Shown: piece after piece, positions 50,068-64,000 of the stretch
Numbering within the stretch: position 1 is the stretch's first letter
How the letters are laid out: every line of letters starts with the position of its first letter
From: Neoconidiobolus thromboides FSU 785
Lineage: Eukaryota; Fungi; Entomophthoromycota
DNA: 64,000 nt
Direction: 5' to 3'
Assembly: GCA_025603075.1 (NCBI GenBank)
Contig: MU626290.1
Location: forward strand, 1-64,000
Position numbers and translations under genes: made by a program
The notes under the pieces: model-generated
What the model was told of the DNA's origin: nothing
What the model saw: only the letters and a program-made list of their open reading frames with translations
Database searches by the model: none

Positions 50068-51642
50068 ATGGAACCGGATACACCATTAAAAATACAATAT
50101 GATTCAACAATAACGGAAAATGATTTTGATAATTTAAATTTAGCAATCTTAATAACCAATAGTATATCTTTATTATCAGCTACTATTATGTTCTTTATTA
50201 TAGTATTAAGTCGATATAAAAAACATAAAAGCGGGGAATTATATCATGTCAAAATTAATTTATGGATAGCATTAAGTGATATCTTATTCAGTATAATATC
50301 TTATTTCAATGTCGATGATAACTATATGTATTGTTCTACTTTAACTTATTTAACTTATAGTTTAAATTTATTTTATATCTTATTATCAAGTTCAATATTG
50401 TTAAATTTACATTTAACTTTTTTAAGTAATTGTAATAAGTTTTTATTTAATTTAAAGAAGTTAATATTAAATGAATCCCTATTCATATCGATTTTGTTTT
50501 TAATCTCTCTTCTACTTTCCTTACCCCCTTATCTTATTTCCATCTTAAATCGATCTTGTGTCTTGTTTCATTTATTTGATAGTTCAGCTATCAATATTAT
50601 TATGTTGTGGCTTACCATTGGCAATTGGGAATATCTATTATTTTTATATTGTGTTACAGTTAGTATTTACATTTATTATAAAATGAATACAAAAAGTAAA
50701 GAAATTTTAAATAGCAATAATAACAATCCAACTTCAAAATATTTCAATGAAGATTCTTTACTCCCAACACCGAATCCAGAATATCCAACCTTAACTAGTA
50801 ATTATCGAGCTCATCGACGACGACCATCGGAGATTTCTACAGCTAGTATTGAATTAGTCAACAAAATTCAATTTATTACTAAACGTATATTAATTTACCC
50901 CATCATCCCCTTATTTACTCAATCTTTTTATATATTAATCAATACTTATTTTTTATATACTGGTATACGTACTTTAATACCTTTATATCTTTTTTATGTT
51001 ATTCCTTATTCGGCTGGGTTTTTGAATGCTTTCTTTTTCTTTCTTTTAGATCCAACTGCTAAAGATCTATTATTTAAAAACAAACAAAATGAGACAAGTG
51101 AAGATAAAGGTGGTGTAAATGATAGCGATGGTTTATTTTTTAATAATAATAATAATGACAATAATAGAAGTTCAACTACAAGAATGAGTATGACTACAAT
51201 AAACGGTATAAATAATTGCCCTAATAATACATTAAATACAATGAATTATGTATTATATCCATTAAAAGATGAAGAAAATAATCAACCGGATAAAAACTAT
51301 ATGAACAGTAACTTAACCCCTTATTTTTCAACTTCTTTAAATTCTTCAACTTTATTTTCAGGGAATTCGAATAAAAATAGTGAGTCTTTGAGTAATAGCA
51401 ATGCTATAGTTGATGATAGAGGGAGTAATAGTACTAATAGCTCTAGTAGTCAAATCGTTATTAAAGTGGAAGATATTAGTGATAAAGAAGTGAGAGGGGA
51501 TGTTAAAGATGGTAGTGTAACTGAAACAGATAATAGTAAACTAAGACTCTATCAACTTAAAAAAGGAACTATTAATGAAAATGATATTAAAGTACCACTT
51601 TGTTTAAGAAGGAATAGGGATTTAAAATCATTGATTTTGTAA
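50068..51642 (+). CDS. Orphan 7-TM GPCR-like protein (cAMP-receptor/Git3-like), intronless
   Basis: Several hydrophobic spans consistent with 7 TM, including WIALSDILFSI, KRILIYPIIP and GFLNAFFFFLLDP. Long polar loop and N-rich tail. Confidence 0.75.
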   Translation: MEPDTPLKIQYDSTITENDFDNLNLAILITNSISLLSATIMFFIIVLSRYKKHKSGELYHVKINLWIALSDILFSIISYFNVDDNYMYCSTLTYLTYSLNLFYILLSSSILLNLHLTFLSNCNKFLFNLKKLILNESLFISILFLISLLLSLPPYLISILNRSCVLFHLFDSSAINIIMLWLTIGNWEYLLFLYCVTVSIYIYYKMNTKSKEILNSNNNNPTSKYFNEDSLLPTPNPEYPTLTSNYRAHRRRPSEISTASIELVNKIQFITKRILIYPIIPLFTQSFYILINTYFLYTGIRTLIPLYLFYVIPYSAGFLNAFFFFLLDPTAKDLLFKNKQNETSEDKGGVNDSDGLFFNNNNNDNNRSSTTRMSMTTINGINNCPNNTLNTMNYVLYPLKDEENNQPDKNYMNSNLTPYFSTSLNSSTLFSGNSNKNSESLSNSNAIVDDRGSNSTNSSSSQIVIKVEDISDKEVRGDVKDGSVTETDNSKLRLYQLKKGTINENDIKVPLCLRRNRDLKSLIL

Positions 51643-52443
51643 ATAAAAGTTTATTAATACTATTTAGAATCAATATATATTATTACTTAATGTCCATATT
51701 CCATATTTTATTTTTTTATCTATATTTTTATATCTTTTATATCTTTTATACATAAGTTTCTCTCATCATATACATTTATGCCAATCAATAAATGGAAAGC
51801 TGATAGTAAAATTATTACTGAAACTATATCAGTCTATTAAGCAACTATATCTGATAAATCCAGCTCTATCTTATAATGTTTTACCTTTTTGTTTTATAAA
51901 CTCTTAAACTTTGATATTTTGATTTCAAATCAGCATTAACTTAAAAATTTATTCCAAAAAGGTTTATCCGTTGCCTATGAAAAAGTGGTCAACAATCCAA
52001 AAGTTAAGCCGATGATCACGAGCATCTTCTAATTTCAAGTTCAAATTCAAATTCTAGCAGTGTTACAAAAGGTAACGAAGCTCTTTAAAACGTTCTGATC
52101 TTGACCTTTTGTTAAAGTGTTCCTGAATCTAAGGGGATTCTAAAATTAAATCTAATTTTTAAATTTCTTGGATTCTTAACTCAACTATCAGTTTATAATG
52201 ATGATAAATTTGTAAAAAAAATTAAGCCGATAATAATTACATTAAAATTTACATGAGTGACTAAAAATTGAGTATTTAAAAAAATTAATAACTGCTTCAA
52301 CTAACTAATTATACTACGACAACAGCAACAGTACTTAAGAATAAATTGAACAACATAAACTATAAATAATTAAAAAAAACTCATATTGTTTATTTTTATC
52401 ATTTTTAAACTGTTATAACACCACATTATCAATAGTATAAAAA

Positions 52444-53907
52444 ATGTCTATTTCATCTAATATAGCCACTACCACTTTAAGTTCCTGGATCTATACTTTA
52501 TCATTTATCATTGGAGGTTGTTGTAGTAATGCCTATGCATTAGAAATGATTGTACGGGATGCACCAAGTTCAGGTAAGCTTTGCATCCTCTTTTATTTAT
52601 ATTCTTTTATTAAACTTATTTTGTTATTCCTTTTAGGCAATCTCATTACATTTGCTCAATTTTTATTAGTAGCCACAGAAGGTTTATTAAATAATATGAC
52701 TTTAAGTAGTAATGGAATACCAAAATTAAAAGATCGAAAAATACCATTATATATTTGGTGTATAATGGTAGTATTGTTTTTTTCATCTTCTCAAATTAAT
52801 AATATTGCTTTTGCATATGATATTCCAATGAGTTTACATATTATTTTTCGATCCGGTAGTTTGATTACTAATATGCTGATGGGTGTTATTTTGTTAAAGA
52901 AAAGGTAATGATAGATGTTTATATATATAAGATGCAATCTGATGATATATTCTTTTTTAGATATAAATTAACTCAAATATTTTCAATTTTAATTGTTACG
53001 GCTGGTATTATTATTACCACTTTAAGTAGTGTGAATACAAAGGTAAAAACTTTAGTTTTATTATTAACTTTATTTATTTTATTTATTTATTTTTAATAGC
53101 AAAAAGAAGTTAATTCTACCTTTTCTCAACAAGTTATTGGGATTGGTATTTTAACTTTAGGTTTATTTTTAGCCTCTTTATTAGGTATATTAATTATTAT
53201 CAATTTAATTAGAACAAATTAATAACAACTCCTTTTGAATAAAGGTATTGTCCAAGAAGTCACTTATAAAAAGTACGGGAAACATTGGAGAGAAGGCTTG
53301 TTTTATACAGTAATTATCTGTTTTGATTTTAATAATATATCCAATTAATACTTTATAATCTTTAAATAGCATGCACTTTCATTACCAATCTTTTTATTAT
53401 TTTCTAAAGATATATTAACACAATGGAACTCTTATTTAACATCAGATAATTTACCTTTTAATGGCACTATTGCTAATTTATTAAATCAATGGAATATTCT
53501 TCATATACCAAAATTAGTATTTTATCTAGCATTGAACGTTGGTACTCAGTAAGTTATTATTATTTTATTCTGTAAATTGGTTTATTTTTTTAAATTTATT
53601 TGATAGATACTTTTGTGTTTCTGGTGTACAAAAACTGTCTTCTATGAGTACAGCTTTAACTTTAAATTTAGTTTTAACTATGCGTAAAATGATTTCAATC
53701 GTATTTTCTGTTTTATATTTTAATCAAAATGTAAGTTTCAATTTTATATTGGGTACTATTCTTGCTTTTTCAGGTACTTTAATTTACACCATGGCAAGTC
53801 GATCTAGTAGTAACTCGAATGATAAAAAAGTCAATGTAAAAGAAGAGAAGCTAGAGAAACAAGGGAATCAAGAAAAGATTAAGAAAAGTATTAAAAAAAA
53901 AGTTTAG
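52444..53907 (+). CDS. YEA4: UDP-GlcNAc/UDP-xylose nucleotide-sugar transporter (YEA4/SLC35B4), multi-exon
   Basis: IGGCCSNAYALE, GNLITFAQF, HIIFRSGSL, WREGLFY and LTMRKMISI; lysine-rich C-terminus. Confidence 0.9.
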
Positions 53908-53981
53908 AACAATAAATGAATAGAATCAAAGTAAGCAACTGTTTTTATTGAATAAAAGAATGAAATTTTTTTATATAAAAA

Positions 53982-55887
<1,906 letters not shown>

Positions 55888-56238
55888 TTCTTTAACTTTT
55901 TGTTTTTTATTAGTCCTCTGAAAAATAAAAAGATAAAAATAACAAGTTTGTTTTAAAATTGATTATGTGATTTTTAAAACTAAACCTTTTTGTGTTTTAA
56001 CTAAATCTAATTTCTTGGTAAGCTTGAGATTTTATTCTTAATAGAATTGTTCTTTAAAAAAACAGGTGAAATTACGTCAACATCTTAAATTAATAAAAAT
56101 TAATAAAATATAAATTTTGAATTTATTTATTAAGCCTCGGCAATATAAGAGTAGCTAAGTGTTTTATTTCTCAGTATTAAAAAAGGACAAGAGAATAGAA
56201 AAAGTAAGCATAAATCTCAAATAATAAAAAACTGCGAT

Positions 56239-58112
56239 TTATTTTAAAAAGAATTTAAAGATATTAAAATAATTTCCAAATATTTGATAGAAAGGCCTTA
56301 ATTCATTTTCTATAATAAAGCCAGATTGAAATTGCTTCAAATTGAAATTATTATAACAAATTAAATGATAACTTATATTTTGGTCTAATAATTGTATCTT
56401 ATTATTATTCTTCTTATTATCCTTTATCGTCGATTCAATTGTTTCTTTCGTTATTTCTATTTCATCGTTATTATTATAAAATAAATTTATTAATATATCC
56501 TTTAATAAATGCAACGTCAATTGAATTAACTCATTGTTAGGATATTCCATATTATCATCATTATTGCCATTATTACAATGATTGGAAATAAAATGAGCTA
56601 GAATAGATAATAATATTACTAACAATTGATCATTTATAATTAATTGTTTATAGATTAAATTATATTCTTTCTTTAAAACAATAAAGCTATTTTTGATTAA
56701 ATTTGATATTAAACTTTGTTTATTATTATTATTATTGACTTGATTAAAATGCAATTCATTTAATACTAATTGAAAATAGTTAATGAAATACGACATTTCA
56801 CTATCTACTTTATTATCTTCGATTGATTTAAATATAATGTTAAAAAACAAACTATCCATATTACTTTGTAATAATAACTTAATTAAAAATTGCCATTTGA
56901 CTTCGTTATTATCAAATATTATATTTAACTCTATTTGTTTCTTTATATAAACTTGCAAGTTAAATTCCAACATATCATAATTAAATATAATTTTAGTTAA
57001 TATCTCTCTTACTTTCTCATTATCTAGTTTACTCATCCAATTTTCCATTATTTGATTACTTACATGTTGATTTTGATTGCTAATTAATTCAATTAATTTA
57101 ACAAATTCAATATTTATATGATATAATGTTAATATTGTATCACTTAAATTAAAATAAATACTGTAAATAATATCTATATCATTTAATAATAACAATATTA
57201 ATTCATCTTTCATGATAAACTTATTATGATTAAGAAACTCTGGATAAAATAAACAAATATTTTCAATAATTATTCGGTTAAAAAATAACTGCATAAAATT
57301 CATCGTATAATGAATAGAAAAATACTTGATCAATTGTTGAATTAAACTTAATTGTTGGTGAAATAACTTGGATTGAAATATATTTTTAAAACTTTGCTTT
57401 AATTTAATAAAATTTTCTTCTTCATTTTTAATATTTACTTGTTTATCAAAATAAAATTGTAAGATTAACTGTTGGGTTTCAAGCTTTATAATATCATCTT
57501 TAGGTAAAATTACCATTGGTATTAAATTGTATTGATATTCTTTAAATTGCTTAGTTAACTTTAAAAATCGATGAAATTCCATTCTCTTAACTAATATAAG
57601 TTACAATTAATCAAAATTCATAGCTATAAAATTTCTAGTTTACCTTCTAGTTTACCTTCTAATTGATTCAAAAACCTTAAAAACCAAATAAATAATTGAT
57701 AATAGCTTTCTTTTGAGAAGACATAACTCTTGAACTTAATAATTTTATCCGCCAAATAATTTTGTTTTAAAACCCAAAATTCCAATTCCAGTTTTTCAAT
57801 CTCTGCTTTATCTTCTTGATACTCTACCAATATAACATCTAATAATTTAATTAAACTGTTGAAATCATAAGATATGATTACTTTAATAAATAATTCACTT
57901 AATCCTAGTTCATTTAATATTATATTTTTTAAAAACCTTGGAAACCAAGTTTGTTTTAAATGTTGATGAATAAAATCAACTACTTGAGATTCTATTTCAT
58001 CCGAAGAATGCTGTTGATCATATATAGTTCTCCAATAATTAACTTGCTGTTCCGTTTGTATTATATTGATTTCTTTTTTAAAGAGTTTTCTAGGTTTAGG
58101 TTGAACGCTCAT
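56239..58112 (-). CDS. Hypothetical helical protein (two long exons)
   Basis: ORFs 57624-58112 and 56239-57582 are in tandem and separated by a short intron-like gap. L/I/N/K-rich; no family recognised. Confidence 0.55.
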
Positions 58113-58296
58113 TGTTGATAGTTAAGTGAATTTAAAAATATACTAAATTGGAGAAGTTCAAATCGAATTTTATGAAAAAATAAAACAAAATTCAACGTTT
58201 TAAGCCAATAAAAGTAAAGAAGATAAAAAGATTGCATTAAACATTGAAATTGAAGCTTTATTATAAAAAAACATAAAAGGAACATCTGCATTCACT

Positions 58297-59400
58297 TCAT
58301 TGAAAGATTTTAACATCCCCCTTACTTGCTTTAATAATCTAAAAAATGTTATTAATTAATGTTCATTTTTATATACAAAAAACACAATTACCTTTCTCAA
58401 ATACTTAATATGCTGATAATGATAAGATAACTAAAAAAATAAAAACATATTAGCATCATTTCACAGTAATAAAAATTTATATCTACTTACAAAAAATTGA
58501 TCAAATTGTTTCCTTAATACATTGTTATTTCCATAAATAACAGATAAATCTTCTAAAATAGTGCCCGCTTCAACAGAACAATTGGCACTTACTACAGTTT
58601 CATTTTTAATTATACAACCTGGTTGAATTTTACCTAATTTAAAAATAAAAAGTTAATCTTATTGAAACGTTTGATATTGGACAATATTAAAGAGATAGTT
58701 GGAAAGATGAGATTATTATAGTAGCGTTATATATATAAAAAAAGAATATACTCACTTCTTGGTTCAAATTGATTACGATCCCCAATTTGAGAAGAATCGA
58801 TATCTAAATTTGAAATAAATAAATGTTTAAAATATTACAACTATGATGATTTACAACTACCGGACTCAAAATAATTATCGTTACCGATATGCATGGGTTC
58901 CGAAGAACTAAAGTTTAATATAGATTAATAAAGATAAAGGTAAGATAGATAATAATAAAAATAGATTTATTTCAACGACTTTCATTTAAAAAATTGATGA
59001 ATAAAAATAAATGAGATTTAATAACATACTTACTTATTAATAATCACAACATTTTCTTCAAATATATTATTATTACCAATAAGGATATCTCCTTTGTTAG
59101 CAAATACACTAGTACAACTTTGAAATAAATTATTTTCTCCTAAAAATTATTCATTGATATTATTAAAACATTATTATCTGGTTTTTAATATAGCATTTTA
59201 TTTCATAGTTTAAGATTTATGTATATCTTCTATCATTTATTTATTATCTCTTACCAATACTTATATTTCCATTAGCTTTAAAAAACTCTTGCACCATCGT
59301 GCCTTTACTTGCTGAAATGTTGGCTGTTCGACTGTAGAATTCGTCATTAATTGCATATTTAAAACTTTAATTTCTTCTATTGAATTTTAACCTACCTCAT
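58297..59400 (-). CDS. DCTN6: Dynactin subunit 6 (p27, left-handed beta-helix), multi-exon; 3' end approximate
   Basis: Spliced by eye: MSFKYAINDE..NGNISIGENNLF..DILIGNNNIFEE..EPMHIGNDNYFESG..QPGCII..VIYGNNNVLR..HIKYLRK. Confidence 0.8.
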
Positions 59401-59592
59401 TTAAAAAAAATAAAACTAAAATAAGAAAGTAATTCAAAAAAACATCAAAACTTATAGCCACTAAAAATATATATATCAAAAAAGGCAATTCAATATAAAA
59501 AAACCAACATCAAATTTTTCAAAGTAGATATATTTATAAATTAATTTATTTTCAATATTATAATTATTACAATTATAATGAATTATTAATTA

Positions 59593-62507
59593 TTATAAAA
59601 ACAAATCCCCAAGATAAGCATTAAAATCGAGCACTAATCCTTCTCCGCATTGTTCTGCTGCTATTATTTCTTCTTCTGTTAAATCGGAAGCTTGAGGTAT
59701 AGTTTGTAGTAAATAATCAATTGTTACTGGTGGTAAGCTTTGCTTCTTTAAATCTAATTCGGTCACATAAGGCTAATAGTTGAAATAATTATTAGTAAAA
59801 TGTTATTGTTATTTTAACTTAAGTTATTGATACTTCAATTCAATTGAAATTGACTTACTTTTCCATCCGCAATAATAGAAAAAGCTTCTAACAATTGATC
59901 CGCTGATACTTTATCTTCTGTATTTGAAATCATAAAATTAATATACTAAAAATGATTATTAATGTTATTATTGAATTATTAATATGAAGAATAAATAATC
60001 ACCTGTTCAAAAGAAACAAATTCTGAGTTATCTGATACATAGTAAAATATTTCTTCAAATTCTTCATCCTAAAAAAGTATTATTGTTGAATGACTAATAG
60101 TATAAAGTTAAATTTAAACTTACTGGAAATACATTTCCTAAAGCAGCCAAACAAGCTTTAAATTCAGATAATGAAAGTGTATTAGAATCATCAGTATCAA
60201 AATGGCGGAAAGAAGATTCGAATTCTTCTAATTGATCTGGAGTTAGATTACTTATACCTCGACTTATTATCTAAAATAAATTAAAATATAAACTAATTCT
60301 TATCATATATTATATTATATCAAATAGATTACTTGATTTTCAATAAAAGATATTTTTTTATTCAAACCATGTTTTAACAAATCAAAATCATATTGTAAAT
60401 CTTCATATGAAAAATTAATATCTTCTACTTCTTCTATATTTGCTTCTTGAAATTCATTAGATAATTTATTTATCTTGTCTAATTCTTCTTCTATCAAATT
60501 TAATTTTGAACTTAATGCTTTTACTTTCTCTAATTGTTCCTAAAAACCTTATTAGTATTATGTTGTTATTGTTTACTTTATATTATAACATATGTATATT
60601 ATAATATAGTATACTATTATCTTTACATTCAATTCTCCGTCAATTTTGGAAAATGCTGATGCTATTTCATTTAAATTCTTATTGAATTGATTGGTTAAGC
60701 GATTGAATTCATCAATCAATTTTTGCTTACTCCTAATAATTATATATTAATATTTTTGTATTATCACATATCATATTATAAACCTACTCTTTAATCTTAT
60801 TAACAATTTTGATTCTTCTATCTGCTTCTGCTTTAATTAACATGTTCCATTTTGTATCCAAATCCTAAATAAAAACAAAAATATGAGCACACTCTCTTTA
60901 ATAAATTCCTATTGACAATTCTTACCAAGAGAGTTAATCCTTTTGGAGGATTATAAGGTTTCAACTGATAAGTTTTTAATTTGATATGAATATTTCCTAA
61001 TAAAGTATCTAAATCTTGTTTTTCAGTTAACCATATCCTTTTAGTAGTGGATTTATACTGTGTAAATTCGATCAATTTCTTTTTCAATTCTTTATATTGT
61101 TCCGGTAATGTTATCTCTTTCCACGATGTTTGTATCTCACTGATCTCAGATAATAACTATAAAAATAAGAACTATTATTTTTGTAAGTATTTATTAATAG
61201 TTACTTGTCTAGCCCTCTTTTCATAATCATTTGTAGATTCATAGGTTGTCTGTGCTATTTCAATAAATTTGATCACCCTTCTTCCTGCTGTGCCACATCG
61301 ATCTTTTATTTTTTATTATCTGTATTAAAAAGATATTATTTAATATAATAATTAATTTACCTAACTCACTAAAAGCATGGAAATAAGAAGCGATATATGT
61401 CATCACTGATAATTCATCGGGTTTTGAAATATCACACAAATCAGCTACATCAAGTAATTGCTATTCATTTATTTAATCATATTATTAATACTGTGTCATT
61501 TTTATTATTACCGGTATTCCAATACACTCTTCCGCAACTTTGAAAGCTAAAGCTGTATTCCCACGATAATCATTCTAAGAAAGATGAATGTGCTATCAGA
61601 ATAGAATAAATTGAAATTACTTTATCTAATGAATGGTAGTCTAAAAGTTCTGGGTAATGTCGATGGATTAAAGCGCACCTAAAGCAATAAATGTTCTAAC
61701 ATTTTAATTATATTAATAACTATATATTTATTACAATGCAAGTCCATCCTTCCAACTAAAAAAATAAACATTAATTTATATTCATGAAAATAAGCTCCGA
61801 TTTACCTATAAGTAAAGTCTTGAACATTAACCCCTTGATACCCTGCAGTCTTTCTTTGACACCAAAGCAAAAGACCCTCTTTAGCACCTACACCTTCTTC
61901 ACTTTAAGAAATAATTAAACCCGATACTTACAAACAATAGCTTTAGCTTACCTAATATCATCAATAGTGAATCTTAAAACAATGGTCCAGATCATACCAA
62001 GGGTCAACTTAATATTACCATCCACAATATCTTCAGCCCCAATATTGGTCAAGTTAATCCCTCTTTCACGGATAAATTTTAATGCTTTGTTCAAGTTTTC
62101 AATCTTTTGTAAACGGTATTTCGGGTGGAAGTTATACTTGCCAATAGGTGCATCCGTTAAAGCTTCCTATTTTTATCAAAATAGTAAGCCTTTGTTTACT
62201 ATAAAAGTTGAAATAGTTGTAAACTATTTGATTACCAGTAACTGTATTAATGCTGTACCATCCGATAAACCATGATATAAGTCTTTGATATTTTCATAAT
62301 TTTTACTGCTTAATTGGATATTTACCCTACAATAAAATATTGTTATTTAGTAACGTTGGTATATTCATTCGTTAAAGTTACCATTTTGTAAAAGCTAAAT
62401 AAAAGTAGTGAATTAATATAGGAAAGGGATGAAATCAGAGTTTAATTTATTAATTGATAGTAAAAATAATTACTTTTTTGTTGGATTTGCTCCCATTCTT
62501 TATCCAT
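59593..62507 (-). CDS. ain1: Alpha-actinin, many exons
   Basis: [38 protein letters not shown] (CH1), [21 protein letters not shown] (CH2), spectrin repeats and EF-hand region ending [11 protein letters not shown]. Confidence 0.93.
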
Positions 62508-63518
62508 TTTAATATGATTGAATTGCTTCACTTCCCGTTTACAATTAAAACTTGAAGCATCATTTTTTAAATTACTTGATTTTATAGGCATAAAATTGAG
62601 CCAATTTTTTGCTTCATTTGATGGTAAAAATATATTTACTGCGTTGTTTCGATTCAGTCTATTTTATCAAATTTAGCATGAATTTTGTTACTATATTCTA
62701 TTGAATTATAAAGTTTATAAACAGGATACTCACCTTGCGCCTAACATTAGAAAATATTAATTATAATAAATAAAAGATAAAATAAAGCAGTAGTAACTCA
62801 TCCATCTTACATTTAAAAGGAAAATTTAAAAGGAAGATTTAAAAGTTGTTTTTCGGAAAATTTTATTTTTTGATTTTTAACTGTAAACTTTAAAATCTTG
62901 CTTTGTTTTTAATTTTGTAGCTTTTTCGAAAACGCTTTTTTAATTTCTGTTACACTAAATGTAGCTTATTTTTTTTGGTCAAGTTAAATTTTGAAAAGGA
63001 ATAATTTGAATAAAGATCAGTTTTATCGTTATAACTTGCTAATATTATCAAGGTCCTTTCAAATATTCTAGATGCTATGTGAACTTCAATCATTATATGG
63101 TTGTTTCAATAATGCAAAACTAAATACCAATCCATTGTTCTTCAAAAGAATTTTTAATCAAAAATTATTAGATCTATAAAATAGTTATTAACATTTTACG
63201 TTATTAAATAGGTTGAAGTTTAAGCTAAGGATTCTATAGAATCGAAAATAATATTTATTAAGTAATGATAATAAGAGTCAGCTTTTATTTATTTTTCTTT
63301 CGACTATATTATTATAATCTTTTTTTACTTATTAAATAGTAAGCAGAAAAAATGAAAATGATGTAATTTCGAATTTATAAAAACCACAACCAAACAAGAT
63401 AGAAAAATGATGTCATCTTCACTCAATCGAGATCTGATGTCATAAGCTATGTTTCTACTAAAAGCACAACAACTTTTGCTTCTTGCTAATTTAAAGCTTT
63501 TAAAAAAACAAAATAAAA

Positions 63519-63788
63519 ATGAGTAACAATACAGTGTCTTCCGAAACCCCAAATATTAGGGAGTTCATTCAACAATCACCAAAATCCAAGTACATTTTAG
63601 ACGATAAAAGGGGGGTTATATGTAGGGTGAATCCGGATACAACTAAGAATCATTTACAAAGAACACAGGAGTGTATTCAAGTTAAATTAAAACAAAAAGA
63701 AATGTTTAACGTTATGCAAGATTTGGGTTATATCTGTGGTCTAGATGTCGATCCTACTAATACTTATTTGATTTGTAAAGGTATTTAA
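63519..63788 (+). CDS. Hypothetical small protein
   Basis: 89-aa ATG-initiated ORF with coding-like composition in otherwise AT-rich DNA. A possible donor at the end (AAG|GTATTT) could extend it. No family recognised. Confidence 0.4.
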   Translation: MSNNTVSSETPNIREFIQQSPKSKYILDDKRGVICRVNPDTTKNHLQRTQECIQVKLKQKEMFNVMQDLGYICGLDVDPTNTYLICKGI

Positions 63789-64000
63789 TGGCTAATGAAG
63801 TGGAAATAAAAATAAAGTTTTTATTAGGATTTTAATATTATTTTTGATCTTGAACTACAATATGATTATAATTCATGTTTCTTAGTTTTTTAATCTCTCT
63901 ATATTTTCAATGTGTTTGTTTAATATTCAATATTTTATGTTGCTTTTCAAATATTTTTGATTTTAACTATTTCTAGAAAAATTTTAAAAGACTATCATTT

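Noticed and set aside
58310-58322. AACATCCCC resembling a MITE end
   Set aside because: No internal MITE sequence; it reads as the DCTN6 final exon (KGDVKI).
62560-62810. Donor-like sites on the minus strand upstream of alpha-actinin (e.g. ATGTTAGGCGCAAG|GTGAGT)
   Set aside because: Could be 5' UTR or alternative exons, but I could not build a consistent reading frame.

Overview
Very AT-rich, intron-dense eukaryotic DNA with mostly ~45-60 nt GT-AG introns. Gene content and style suggest an early-diverging fungus, plausibly Conidiobolus/Entomophthoromycotina-like (inference, not verified). The window holds about 20 protein-coding loci. Housekeeping genes: prefoldin 3, malonyl-CoA decarboxylase ending in SKL, NFS1, QCR9, kinesin-1, DDHD phospholipase, M16 metallopeptidase, Sec16, YEA4-type transporter, CaMKK-type kinase, dynactin p27 and alpha-actinin. 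Other loci: a P450, two tandem alpha/beta hydrolases, a two-Myb telobox protein, a BRCA1-like RING protein, an orphan GPCR and two identical tRNA-Gly(GCC) genes. Four observations stand out. (1) An intronless cluster of secreted 3D/MltA-like proteins: two intact divergent genes plus a pseudogene bracketed by MITEs. (2) A ~97-bp fold-back MITE family with 12 intergenic copies, GGGGATGT..ACATCCCC ends and apparent 4-bp ATWT target duplications. (3) An unusually long (411 nt) last intron of kinesin-1 that folds into a strand-specific multi-stem hairpin and keeps the kinesin frame open for 62 codons. (4) The BRCA1-like RING protein carries a 49-aa internal duplication and has no visible BRCT domain. 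Exon boundaries were read by eye, and family assignments come from motif recognition without database searches.
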